This document shows positions 42,901 through 52,492 of a stretch of DNA of 64,000 bases, piece by piece. The notes beneath the pieces were generated by a model. That model saw nothing but the letters and a program-made list of their open reading frames with translations. It searched no databases and was not told where the DNA came from. The position numbers and the translations under genes are program-made. Source of the stretch: Marinovum sp. (GTDB lineage: Bacteria; Pseudomonadota; Alphaproteobacteria; Rhodobacterales; Rhodobacteraceae); NCBI GenBank assembly GCA_022447495.1, contig JAKVBH010000019.1, positions 5,114 through 69,113 on the forward strand, read 5' to 3'. The first letter of the stretch is position 1, and every line of letters starts with the position of its first letter.

Positions 42901-43624
42901 TTAAGCCGTCATACCCGCTTCCGCCCGCGTGTCATGCACGGGGCTATCCTCCGCCCTATCAAGGCAGATATGTTCGTTCATGAAACCGCATCTTATTCTA
43001 CACCCATGGGTTATAGGCGCCCCGAACAGCCGCGGATCAACCCAGTTGCAAGCAATGGCCGCAGTTTCGGCAAGCCAGGCCCTAGATCCGACCCAAATGC
43101 GGCTCCACATGGCGGGTATAAGACGCGGCAGCATAGTCAATCGCGCAAGCTCCACCCAAGAGGTCGCTTGGCACTCCCAACCATGATCATCCATGGCCAT
43201 AAAATGTTCCAGAATTTTCAAGGCGCTATGCATCACACTGCTCCAGGTAACACCGGATAGTGGGTACAACGTCAAATCTGTTGAGCACAACATACGCGCG
43301 GTTTTGAGCTTTCGTACATTCGATGCCAGATTGACCCCGTGCACCTGTCGGAGCAATCACATGTGCGCAGTGCGCTCCCCCATCGAAATAGGAACGCGCG
43401 ATGTCGCGGTCTCTTGCCCTTGGACAAAGGGACACGCCACCCCAAACCTTGCGCATTAAAACAATTGGATTGCCCGGATAACCCACAACATCAGGCCCCG
43501 GCTCAAACCCAGCTTCAACACGATGCCTGCGCACCCAAAATCCACCGAGGTTCTTTAGCGTAGCTTCGACCACGGTGGTTTTGCCCACGCCGCGATGCCC
43601 CACGAAACAAATGAGCCGCGCCAT
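42901..43624 (-). pseudogene. Decayed P-loop NTPase (ParA/MinD-like) inside liu cluster; 3' end approximate
   Basis: TAATG-coupled start; RLICFVGHRGVGKTT, YVVLNRFD; in-frame stops at 43226, 43187, 43082. Confidence 0.55.
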
Positions 43625-44484
43625 TACCCTGTCCGCATTGCCCGCGCCATGTCTGCGGCTTGGGCCAAGAAACTCGTATCAAGACCATGGTGCAGACCAA
43701 GCGCGTTGAGCCGGTCTGCCACCGCTTCGGTCGCAACATTACCAGTGGATCCTGGGCTATAGGGGCATCCACCAAGACCGCCGACGGCGGCATCAAACAC
43801 GCGCAACCCACGGTCCAGCGAAATGTCTATAGAACGGAGCGCCTGGCCGTTGGTGTCATGGTAGTGCCCCGCAAGCTTACCCGCTGGCACATGCTCCAGA
43901 ACGGAATCGAGCATTTCGGCCACAGTGTCCGGTGTGCCTTGGCCTGTGGTGTCGCCCAAGCTGATCTCATAACAGCCGATATCAAAGAGCGATTTGACCA
44001 CGCGAGTGACATCCTCGGGGTCGACATAGCCCGAATAGGGGCAAGTGATCACTGTGGAGACATAGCCGCGTACCGGGATGCCTGCGGAGGTAGCAGCGGT
44101 CACGATAGGCCGCAACCGCGTCAGGCTTTCATCAATGGTCGCGTTGATATTGGCTTTTGAGAACGCCTCGGACGCCGCGGCAAAAACAGCCACTTCGTCG
44201 GCACCGGCGGACACTGCGCGTTCAAACCCTTTGAGATTTGGCGTCAGAGCCGCGTACCGGATGCCGGGCACGCGGGTGATCCCACCCATCACCTCAAGAC
44301 TATCAGCCATCTGGGGCACCCATTTTGGCGACACAAAACTGGCACATTCGATACGTGAGAACCCCGCTTGGCTGAGAACGTTCACCAGCGCGATTTTTTC
44401 GACCGTTGGCACCTGCCGCGCCTCATTCTGAAGACCATCGCGGGGCCCAACTTCGAATATCTCGACCCAGTTACCCACGGGCAT
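43624..44484 (-). CDS. liuE: Hydroxymethylglutaryl-CoA lyase
   Basis: EVGPRDGLQNE, SFVSPKWVPQMAD, GHYHDT, GLGGCPY...GNVATE. Confidence 0.93.
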   Translation of the reverse strand: MPVGNWVEIFEVGPRDGLQNEARQVPTVEKIALVNVLSQAGFSRIECASFVSPKWVPQMADSLEVMGGITRVPGIRYAALTPNLKGFERAVSAGADEVAVFAAASEAFSKANINATIDESLTRLRPIVTAATSAGIPVRGYVSTVITCPYSGYVDPEDVTRVVKSLFDIGCYEISLGDTTGQGTPDTVAEMLDSVLEHVPAGKLAGHYHDTNGQALRSIDISLDRGLRVFDAAVGGLGGCPYSPGSTGNVATEAVADRLNALGLHHGLDTSFLAQAADMARAMRTG

Positions 44485-45136
44485 CGTCCCACGGCGGATA
44501 GAACTCTTGGGAATAGAGCTCTGTTTCCCCTGCCTTTGGAAGCGCGGCACGAAACCCGGGACGCTCGGACAGTCGATCGTACCAGGACGACAGGCCCCGA
44601 TACTCGTCAAGGCGCACGAAGAAACGCCCCATATAGATGGCCTGCCCGATACCGATATCCGCTGCAGAAAAGGCACTCGGCAAAAGATAGGGCTGACCAT
44701 CCAACACGTGATCAAGCGCTTTGTAACATTTGGCCAAACGCGCCGCTTCGAGCTTCATCACGGTCGGTGAGCGCATGGCATCATCATAGAGCACGATGTG
44801 TTGTTGAGTAAGGGCCGCGACATGCACGGAGACCGTTTCGGCAAAATGCACCCAAGAGAGCCAAGCCGCCCGTTCGGGGTCATCGGGGCGCCGCCCAAGC
44901 CCGACCTGAGGAAAGGCCTCGCACAGGTATTCCGTGATCGCGCCCGTCTCGAAGAGGGTTTGGTCCCCAATCTCAACCGCGGGAACGCGCCCCGCTGGCG
45001 AACGCGCCAAAAAGGCCGGACTGCCCAAAGTCTTGTCGAAGGGATAGGTAACGACCTCAAAGTCAACGCCCAGCTCATTCAAGAGCCAGAGCGAACGCAT
45101 GGACCTTGTCTGTGGGCAGTGATGAAGCGTGATCAT
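44471..45136 (-). CDS. Glutathione S-transferase family protein
   Basis: RSMRSLWLLNELG, PAGRVP, FETGAI, FSAADI. Confidence 0.9.
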   Translation of the reverse strand: MITLHHCPQTRSMRSLWLLNELGVDFEVVTYPFDKTLGSPAFLARSPAGRVPAVEIGDQTLFETGAITEYLCEAFPQVGLGRRPDDPERAAWLSWVHFAETVSVHVAALTQQHIVLYDDAMRSPTVMKLEAARLAKCYKALDHVLDGQPYLLPSAFSAADIGIGQAIYMGRFFVRLDEYRGLSSWYDRLSERPGFRAALPKAGETELYSQEFYPPWDDARG

Positions 45137-45414
45137 GCCTCATCTCCCGTTACTTCTATCAAACGCCCTCTACGGTTCACGGGATAGGCAAAGCGACCCT
45201 CGCGCCCTTCACATAACACGATTAGCCATACCCCATCACGTCGCCCGGGCACAGCGTGACAGTCTTTTTCCATCCCAGAGTGTTCCTGGGCGTATAACTT
45301 CGCGTAGCGCAGAATCACGGAGCTTTCGTCAAGCGGCGGTCTCGTACCAAGCCAGAGGCCAATGGCGCCGCCGATCAGGGCCAGCGCTATAGCCAGTCCC
45401 ATAACCTGTTTCAT
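45133..45414 (-). CDS. Small membrane-anchored hypothetical protein
   Basis: N-terminal TM, Cys pair; ATGA overlap with GST gene. Confidence 0.65.
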   Translation of the reverse strand: MKQVMGLAIALALIGGAIGLWLGTRPPLDESSVILRYAKLYAQEHSGMEKDCHAVPGRRDGVWLIVLCEGREGRFAYPVNRRGRLIEVTGDEA

Positions 45415-45421
45415 CTCGAAC

Positions 45422-46585
45422 TCATGCCATCGCTGCCATCAGTTCGCGCCCAATTAGCATGCGGCGTATCTCAGACGTGCCCGCGCCAATTTCCATCAAC
45501 TTGGCATCGCGGAACAGACGCGAAACGGTACTATCGGAGAGGAACCCAGCCCCTCCCCATGCTTGAACAGCCTGGTGTGCTTGGGTCATCGCGACCTCGG
45601 AAGCATAAAGACAACACGCCGCCGCGTCCTGGCGGGTGACTTCGCCCCGGTCACATGCTTTGGCGCATTCATAGACGTAGGCACGCGCTGAATTCATGGC
45701 AGTGTACATGTCTGCGATTTTGCCCTGCATCAACTGGAACGACCCTACGGGTGTCCCAAATTGCTCGCGTTCGGAGACGTAGGGCATGACCTCATCCATG
45801 CAGGCGGCCAGAATGCCCAGCCCGATGCCCGCAAGGACCACGCGTTCGTAATCGAGACCAGACATCAAGACCTGAACTCCACGCCCCTCCTCACCAAGCA
45901 CGTTCTCAAACGGCACAGCCACGTCATCAAAAAGCAACTCTGCCGTGTTCGACCCCCGCATACCCAGCTTGTCGAAATGCGGCGAGGTGGTGAATCCAGT
46001 CATCTCTTTTTCAATGAGAAACGCGGTGATGCCCTTGGAGCCTGCATCCACATCCGTTTTGGCATAAACCACAAGCGTGTCGGCATCAGGGCCATTGGTG
46101 ATCCAGTATTTGCTGCCATTCAGGCGGTAGTGATCATTACGCTTCTCTGCATTTAGCTTTAGCGAGACCACATCTGAACCGGCCGAAGCTTCTGACATGG
46201 CAAGCGCACCCACATGCTCACCCGAGACCAATCCGGGAAGGTATTTCGCGCGCTGCTCCGGGGTCCCGTTGAGGCGAATTTGGTTCACGCACAGATTGGA
46301 ATGCGCCCCGTAAGACAAGGACACAGACGCAGACGCGCGCGCCACCTCTTCGATCGCCACGACATGGGCCAGATACCCCATATCAGCGCCACCGTACTCC
46401 TCTTCAACTGTGATCCCAAGAAGCCCCATCTCGCCCATTTCGCGCCAAAGCGGCGCAGGAAATGCATTGTCACGGTCAATGTCGGATGCAATCGGTTTGA
46501 CCCGATCCTGAGCCCAGCGATGCACGCTGTCACGTAACGCGTTGATATCTTCACCTAAATCAAACTTCATTACGGCATTGAACAT
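45422..46585 (-). CDS. ivd: Isovaleryl-CoA dehydrogenase
   Basis: SYGAHSNLCVNQ, ALAMSEASAGSDV, KLGMRGSNT, EIGAGTSEIRR. Confidence 0.93.
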   Translation of the reverse strand: MFNAVMKFDLGEDINALRDSVHRWAQDRVKPIASDIDRDNAFPAPLWREMGEMGLLGITVEEEYGGADMGYLAHVVAIEEVARASASVSLSYGAHSNLCVNQIRLNGTPEQRAKYLPGLVSGEHVGALAMSEASAGSDVVSLKLNAEKRNDHYRLNGSKYWITNGPDADTLVVYAKTDVDAGSKGITAFLIEKEMTGFTTSPHFDKLGMRGSNTAELLFDDVAVPFENVLGEEGRGVQVLMSGLDYERVVLAGIGLGILAACMDEVMPYVSEREQFGTPVGSFQLMQGKIADMYTAMNSARAYVYECAKACDRGEVTRQDAAACCLYASEVAMTQAHQAVQAWGGAGFLSDSTVSRLFRDAKLMEIGAGTSEIRRMLIGRELMAAMA

Positions 46586-46617
46586 GTGCAGGCTCCCAAG
46601 GACGGCAACTCATTTAT

Positions 46618-46660
46618 TGAACGTACGTTCATAACTAAGCCCAAAGGCACCACGCGTCAA
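46618..46660 (-). promoter_or_regulatory. ivd promoter with perfect 14-bp palindrome over the predicted start site
   Basis: TTGACG(46660)-N17-TAGTTA(46637) followed directly by TGAACGTACGTTCA (46618-46631). Confidence 0.65.
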
Positions 46661-46694
46661 TTCCAGCGAAAGACCCCGACATACGCGGTCGCAC

Positions 46695-46725
46695 AAAAAA
46701 ACGCCCCCCAATTAAGGGGAGCGTT
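46695..46725 (-). terminator. Intrinsic terminator after TonB receptor gene
   Basis: Minus strand AACGCTCCCC-loop-GGGGGGCG followed by a T run. Confidence 0.7.
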
Positions 46726-46768
46726 CAGTTCGTGTGCCTTACTATCGGTCGGGTTCAACCCGCCGTGA

Positions 46769-48757
46769 TTACCACGTCTTGGCGACGGTGAATTTGAAGT
46801 TTGTGCCAGGCTGCGCGTAGGTCGCGACCTTGGGTGTGTATTCGCGATCGAACACGTTCTCCAAGCTGGCACGCACCTCGAATCCGGCCAGCGGTCCATT
46901 ATCGGGCGTGTATGTCGCGCGCCAATTGTGGACCGTGTAGCCTTTGTCTTCAGCCGAACCCCGCGTGTAATCGTCGGCCATCGCAACTTCCCAGCTTAGG
47001 TCCAGAGTGTCGTCAAAGCGTTGACCAAATGTGATACGACCTACGGTTTGCTGCTCGTTCGAGAACGGGCCTTCGACGTCTGAAGTCGAGACTTGCGTTG
47101 CATTTTGATACGCCGCGTTGAAGTCCGTGTAGAAGCCGTTGGCCAAAGCATAGGATGCCTCAACCTCAACACCTTTGAAATCAACATCTTTTACGCCGAA
47201 GTAGGAAGTGTTGTCCCAGAAGTCGGTGCTGTAGGCTGTGAGCTTGAAGGCCAACGTGTCGCCATCTGTAAAGACGGATTCGCCATCGTAGCCGAAGCCT
47301 AGTTCATAGGTCTCTGACTTCTCCGAAGTAGAGATAAAGTCGCGGTTGGACCGCGAACTCGATGGAAGATCGTCAATGATCGGAAGGCTTTCGCTATATG
47401 CAGCGCTACCAAATACCGAAAACCCATTTTCGAATTGATAGTGCGCCGATAGGCCGCCCATGACGGCGTCATGTTCAAAGTCCAAGTCGCTGGAGCCGCC
47501 GAATGGCTCGTTTTCAGGATCGATGGACTGTGTTTCCCAACGCAGCGACGGGCTCAGTGTCAGACCACCGATTTCCGAGTCGGCAACCACGAATAAGGCC
47601 GTGCGATGAGCGGTGCCGCCCGGCGCCGCAGGTGCGTCCTTACGCTTCTTGCGAATGAACTCCACGCCCGCACGGACGTTGTGATCCCATGCACCTGTCG
47701 AAAAGACAGAAGTGTTCTTGATCAACAGAGACGTGTTTTCATACCGCAACTTAGCAGCGAGGAACCCCCCACCCGGCAAGAATTGGTTGATTTCCTGATC
47801 TGAATAGGTGAGCGCGACTTCAAGATCGACAAGGTCGTTGCCCGCCGGGTTGAACTCGTAACGCAGCACACCAGTGCGGTCATAGGTTTCACGCTTATCC
47901 AAGTTTCCAAAATCGACATCTCGGAACGTTACATACGGTACGTCTTTTTCGATGGCGAGGAACTCACCATAGGACAATGTCACAGCGTGCTGGTCATCGT
48001 CGCCAAAGGTGAATTTCCCTTTGACCAAACCATTGTAGGGCGCCGAGGAGGTGTCTTCTTCAATGTCGCCGGCACCGTTTCTGTAATCGTCAGACTCGCG
48101 GTAGGTGAAGTTGGCAAGGAACTCGAGGTTCTCGGCGGGTTGCCACGCCAGGATCGAGGACGAGACAAAGCCACTGCCATTGCTCTGGTAGCCAAGGGTT
48201 TGACGGAACTTGAGGCTCACCTCGCCGCCTGTGAAATCGCTGGCGTCTTTGGTGTCGGCGATCACGACACCACCGATGATACCAGACCCGTATTCAAACG
48301 AGCCAACGGTGCCGCGGTTCACGGAGATGGTTTTGTACAGTGCAGGGTCAGTGAACAACTGGTTGCCGACGCGGTAGATTTCTTCAGCACCTTTGGACGC
48401 ACCATCGACGATTATCGCCACCTTGCTATCGGTGCCGTAGGTGCCGTTTGCACCGAATCCGCGAATGTTAATACCGGAGCCTGCCGGTGTCGCACCGTTG
48501 ACCAGGGCCACGCCCGGGACAGAGTCGATCAATTCCGCGATGGTCGACGCTTGCCGGTCGAGGATTTCTTCTTGGTTGACGGTTGTGGTTGAGGTGGCCG
48601 TCGCGGTGTCAACGTCGCGTTTACCACCAATAACCAACTCGCCAATAAATTCACCACTTTCAGCGCCTGTGGCTGTTTGTGCGAATGCCGTCTGTGACTG
48701 CAGGACCAAAAGCGCGCTGACAGCCGCACTGGTCCACAGATATCTGTGAGGAGCCAT
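46769..48757 (-). CDS. TonB-dependent outer-membrane receptor, heme/iron type likely
   Basis: Signal peptide ending AFA, plug INIRGFG...IIVDG, ENVFDREY, terminal W. Confidence 0.85.
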   Translation of the reverse strand: MAPHRYLWTSAAVSALLVLQSQTAFAQTATGAESGEFIGELVIGGKRDVDTATATSTTTVNQEEILDRQASTIAELIDSVPGVALVNGATPAGSGINIRGFGANGTYGTDSKVAIIVDGASKGAEEIYRVGNQLFTDPALYKTISVNRGTVGSFEYGSGIIGGVVIADTKDASDFTGGEVSLKFRQTLGYQSNGSGFVSSSILAWQPAENLEFLANFTYRESDDYRNGAGDIEEDTSSAPYNGLVKGKFTFGDDDQHAVTLSYGEFLAIEKDVPYVTFRDVDFGNLDKRETYDRTGVLRYEFNPAGNDLVDLEVALTYSDQEINQFLPGGGFLAAKLRYENTSLLIKNTSVFSTGAWDHNVRAGVEFIRKKRKDAPAAPGGTAHRTALFVVADSEIGGLTLSPSLRWETQSIDPENEPFGGSSDLDFEHDAVMGGLSAHYQFENGFSVFGSAAYSESLPIIDDLPSSSRSNRDFISTSEKSETYELGFGYDGESVFTDGDTLAFKLTAYSTDFWDNTSYFGVKDVDFKGVEVEASYALANGFYTDFNAAYQNATQVSTSDVEGPFSNEQQTVGRITFGQRFDDTLDLSWEVAMADDYTRGSAEDKGYTVHNWRATYTPDNGPLAGFEVRASLENVFDREYTPKVATYAQPGTNFKFTVAKTW

Positions 48758-48828
48758 GCTCATCCCCCGGAGTGAGTGTTCAATTGTGAGGAAGCGTGGG
48801 GCTGGCCTAAGCGGAGCTCGCCCTTCGT

Positions 48829-48865
48829 GGCTGGATACTTGACTTTTTAGATCAAGAATCCAGCC
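48829..48865. promoter_or_regulatory. Iron-Rhodo-box/IscR-like palindrome upstream of TonB receptor
   Basis: CTTGA-N9-TCAAG core (48838-48856) inside GGCTGGAT...ATCCAGCC arms. Confidence 0.6.
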
Positions 48866-49011
48866 CATAGCGAGAGCAGAAACGGACACTGTCGTCAATA
48901 TGACACGTCAGTGCGGTATGACATATCACAAAGTGACACCGCTTAACGTGTATTGGCGAGACGCAGCACATCCTCCGGGTGCTTTGGCCCGTCAGGAGGC
49001 TGGAAATTGGT

Positions 49012-50241
49012 TCAAACGGCCTGATGGACGGCGCTGACCTCGGCACGGATGATGCGCGCGATCTGGGCGCAATCTTCGGTGCTAAAGGTCAAGGGAACAC
49101 GCAGGTCCACAACGCCGGCAAGAACGCGGTCAGAAACTGGCATTAACTGAGGTTCTGCGTAGCGCCATTGGTCGTACTTGGACGTAAACGCCACAGGATC
49201 CTCAGCGCCGAACCACTTGAGCTCAACACCACGCGCGCCGCAACGCCCAATGACATCGCGAACTTTATCTCCATGCCAATCAAGCAGCAGGAATTGGAAG
49301 GACGAACCCACGATCTGCTCCTCTTCCGGCCGCTCCACAAGAGTAAGGCCTGGGGTCGCACGCAAGCCCTCTTCGAGGGCTAGATAGCGTTCGTTCCAAC
49401 GCGCAACTTGCGTGTCGAGCTCCGCCAATTGCGGACGCAAGATCGCGGCACGCAAGTTGTCCATACGGCCTGAAATATTCGGCATATCGTATTTGAGGCC
49501 TTCAAACGCCTGTGGTCCAGGTGCAGCGTCGTGGCGTTCATAGAGCATATAAGATCCAGACATTAGCACCATGCGCGCAGCCAACGTGCTGTCATCCGTG
49601 ACGATCAGACCGCCCTCGCCTGAATTGATGTGTTTATAGGTCTGGCATGAATAGCACCCAATCGCACCGTGCCGACCAGAGGCCACGCCGCGCCAACCGC
49701 CGCCCATCGTGTGGGCACAATCCTCAATCACAATCACACCGGCGTCGTCACAGATGTCCATCAAGCGATCCATGTCGCAGATATGGCCTCGCATATGGCT
49801 CAGTAGAAGAATGCGCGCCTCACCAATCTTGGAATGCAGATCATCCAAATCAATCGTCAACGCTTCCGTAACACCCACAAAGACAGGCTGTGCCCCAACC
49901 GCCGCGATCGCGCCGGGCACGGGCGCCAGGGTGAATGCATTGGACAACACTTTGTCACCGGGTGCCACCCCGACCGCACGCAAAGCGCACCCCATGGCAT
50001 ATCCACCGGACGCCACGGCCAGTGCATATTTGGATCCCACGTAATTGGCAAACTCCACCTCAAGAGCGGCCGTCTCTGAAATCTCGGAGCCGACCGTGTT
50101 GTAGCGGTGCAACCGGCCCGTGCGCATGACCGCCACCGCGGCTTCAATCGCAGCATCCGTCAATGGCTCTTGTTGGGTAAAGGCACCCACGAACACCTCG
50201 TTGTAGGCGTCGTCTGAAAGAGAGGCTTGATCCGTCATCAT
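49012..50241 (-). CDS. DegT/DnrJ/EryC1/StrS PLP-dependent aminotransferase
   Basis: VIEDCAH, SCQTYKHINSGEGG. Confidence 0.88.
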   Translation of the reverse strand: MMTDQASLSDDAYNEVFVGAFTQQEPLTDAAIEAAVAVMRTGRLHRYNTVGSEISETAALEVEFANYVGSKYALAVASGGYAMGCALRAVGVAPGDKVLSNAFTLAPVPGAIAAVGAQPVFVGVTEALTIDLDDLHSKIGEARILLLSHMRGHICDMDRLMDICDDAGVIVIEDCAHTMGGGWRGVASGRHGAIGCYSCQTYKHINSGEGGLIVTDDSTLAARMVLMSGSYMLYERHDAAPGPQAFEGLKYDMPNISGRMDNLRAAILRPQLAELDTQVARWNERYLALEEGLRATPGLTLVERPEEEQIVGSSFQFLLLDWHGDKVRDVIGRCGARGVELKWFGAEDPVAFTSKYDQWRYAEPQLMPVSDRVLAGVVDLRVPLTFSTEDCAQIARIIRAEVSAVHQAV

Positions 50242-50319
50242 ACTATTCCTGTCTGTCTCAGCGGTATGCGTCAATGGCGGCAGATGATTTCGCAGATCAC
50301 GACATTCGAGATTTATTAA

Positions 50320-50979
50320 TCACAAAATCAACTGATCCGCCAGATCAGGAAGATCTGAATAGCGATGCAGAAGCGCTTCGGGCTGAAGCGCAGGCATGTC
50401 ACCGCCCGCCGGGCCAAACGTCACAAGGATCGACGGAAGACCCGCCGCTTTGGCGGTGTTCCGGTCAGTGTCGCTGTCACCCACCAAACAAGAGCGCGTG
50501 CGATCACAGCCCAAACGGTCAATGGTTTCAAAGAGCGGCTCCGGATCGGGCTTGCGAACTGGCAAGGTGTCCGCACCGACCAATGCGCCAAAATCGTCCC
50601 GCGCGCCAAGATTACCAAGCAAGAGCTCGACCAAAGCTTCGGGTTTGTTGGTGCAAATCCCGACCCCAAACCCACGGGTTTTGAGCTCCTCAACAGCATC
50701 AAGCGCCCCATCAAAGAAGAATGTGTGTGCGTCGATCGCCCCGCGATAATGCTCCAGAAGCTTCGGATACCAGGCATCAACCGTCTCTGGCTCATCACGT
50801 CCCAACCGTTTGAACCCCGCATTCAGCATGCTGCGCCCGCCCCGAAGGGCGATGGCCTCGTCGCCAGGCCCAAGCAGATCGCCCTCTCCCATATCGCGAA
50901 AACACGCATTGGCCGCAGCAAGCAAATCACCAGAGGTATCGGCCAACGTCCCGTCGAGATCAAAAATCACACTGCGCAC
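50320..50979 (-). CDS. gph: HAD hydrolase, phosphoglycolate phosphatase-like
   Basis: FDLDGTLADT, CTNKP, KPDPEP, VGDSDTD; GTG start. Confidence 0.8.
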   Translation of the reverse strand: MRSVIFDLDGTLADTSGDLLAAANACFRDMGEGDLLGPGDEAIALRGGRSMLNAGFKRLGRDEPETVDAWYPKLLEHYRGAIDAHTFFFDGALDAVEELKTRGFGVGICTNKPEALVELLLGNLGARDDFGALVGADTLPVRKPDPEPLFETIDRLGCDRTRSCLVGDSDTDRNTAKAAGLPSILVTFGPAGGDMPALQPEALLHRYSDLPDLADQLIL

Positions 50980-51136
50980 GCAAAGCTCCCCCTCTCGCCC
51001 CCTGGCAATGCGGCGGAAGCCCGCCGTAAACATGTCAGCTTGTCATGAGAAGTGACGCATCCCGGGCTTGCTCGCAAGGCGCATGCGAGTAAAACCTGCA
51101 TCCAAAAGCACATCAAAGCAAAGATACGGGACATAT

Positions 51137-52492
51137 ATGAGCCTCCATCTGATCATTCTGGCCGCTGGTAAAGGCACGCGCATGCGCTCGGACTTGCCCA
51201 AAGTGCTCCACCAGGTGGCGCACGCGCCGTTGTTGGTCCACGCGCTGCGCGCAGGACAAAGCTTGGAACCAGTCTCAACGACCATTGTCACAGGCCACGG
51301 CGCCAAGGCGGTGGAGGCGGCCGCGCTTGCCTATGATCCCGACGTCCAGTGTGTGCGTCAAAACGAACAACTGGGCACGGCCCATGCCGTCGATCAAGCG
51401 CGTGCGCTTTTGGCCGAGGCGGAGGGCGACCTGGTCGTTCTTTATGGCGACACGCCCTTTATCTCCGCCGAGACGATTACGCGCATGCAAGAGGCCCGCG
51501 CACATCACGACGTGGTGGTGTTGGGCTTTGAAGCCGCCGAGCCCGGCAAATATGGGCGCCTAATTATGGATGGCGACGGCCTCGCGCGGATTGTTGAGTT
51601 CAAAGACGCCTCTGAGGCTGAACGTGCCGTGACCTTCTGCAATTCCGGCGTCGTGATGGCAGACGCCAAGCTGGTCTTTGACCTCATCTCCCAAGTCAGC
51701 AATGAGAACGCGTCTGGAGAATACTATCTCACCGACCTCCCTGCCCTGGCCACGGCGCGAGGTTTGAGCGCCACCGCCATTGCCTGCGACGAAGCCGAGA
51801 CGCTGGGGGTGAACTCCAAAGCCGACCTCGCTGCGGCCGAAGCCGCCTTCCAAGCAAAGGCGCGCCAAGAGCTCATGGAACTTGGGGTCACCTTGCAGGC
51901 GCCAGAGACCGTTTTCGTGGGTTACGACACGCACGTGGGACCTGAGACCATCATCGAACCCAATGTTGTCTTCGGTCCAGAAGTCACCATTGAGAACGGC
52001 GCGCGCATCCGAGCCTTTTCCCATCTCGAAGGCTGCCATGTCAGCCGCGACGCCATTGTGGGTCCCTATGCCCGTCTACGTCCCGGCGCCGAGATCGGCG
52101 AAGCCGCACATATCGGCAATTTTGTCGAGGTCAAAAACGCAACCATCGGTGAAGGCGCCAAGGCCAATCACCTGACCTATGTCGGCGATGCCAGCGTGGG
52201 CGCGCGCACCAACATTGGCGCAGGCACGATCACCTGCAACTACGACGGTGTCATGAAACACCAAACCGAGATTGGCCAGGATGCCTTTATTGGCTCCAAC
52301 ACCATGTTGGTGGCACCGGTGAAAGTTGGCGATCGGGCGATGACGGCGACCGCTACGGTGGTCACCAAGAACGTGCCGGACGCCGCCATGGCGATCTCTC
52401 GCATGGAACAGGTGACCAAGCCGGGGCTGGCCGTAAAATTGTTCGAAATATTAAAGGCGAAGAACGCCAAGCGCCAAAAAGGATCCGAATAA
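51137..52492 (+). CDS. glmU: Bifunctional GlcNAc-1-P uridyltransferase/acetyltransferase
   Basis: ILAAGKGTRMRSDLPKVLH, EYYLTD, GAGTITCNYDG. Confidence 0.97.
   Translation: MSLHLIILAAGKGTRMRSDLPKVLHQVAHAPLLVHALRAGQSLEPVSTTIVTGHGAKAVEAAALAYDPDVQCVRQNEQLGTAHAVDQARALLAEAEGDLVVLYGDTPFISAETITRMQEARAHHDVVVLGFEAAEPGKYGRLIMDGDGLARIVEFKDASEAERAVTFCNSGVVMADAKLVFDLISQVSNENASGEYYLTDLPALATARGLSATAIACDEAETLGVNSKADLAAAEAAFQAKARQELMELGVTLQAPETVFVGYDTHVGPETIIEPNVVFGPEVTIENGARIRAFSHLEGCHVSRDAIVGPYARLRPGAEIGEAAHIGNFVEVKNATIGEGAKANHLTYVGDASVGARTNIGAGTITCNYDGVMKHQTEIGQDAFIGSNTMLVAPVKVGDRAMTATATVVTKNVPDAAMAISRMEQVTKPGLAVKLFEILKAKNAKRQKGSE

Noticed and set aside
42901-43356. 151-aa minus-strand ORF as an independent gene
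   Set aside because: No SD or motif; overlaps the decayed P-loop frame
48758-49011. Cobalamin riboswitch upstream of the TonB receptor
   Set aside because: No B12-box or conserved core seen; an iron-box-like palindrome fits better
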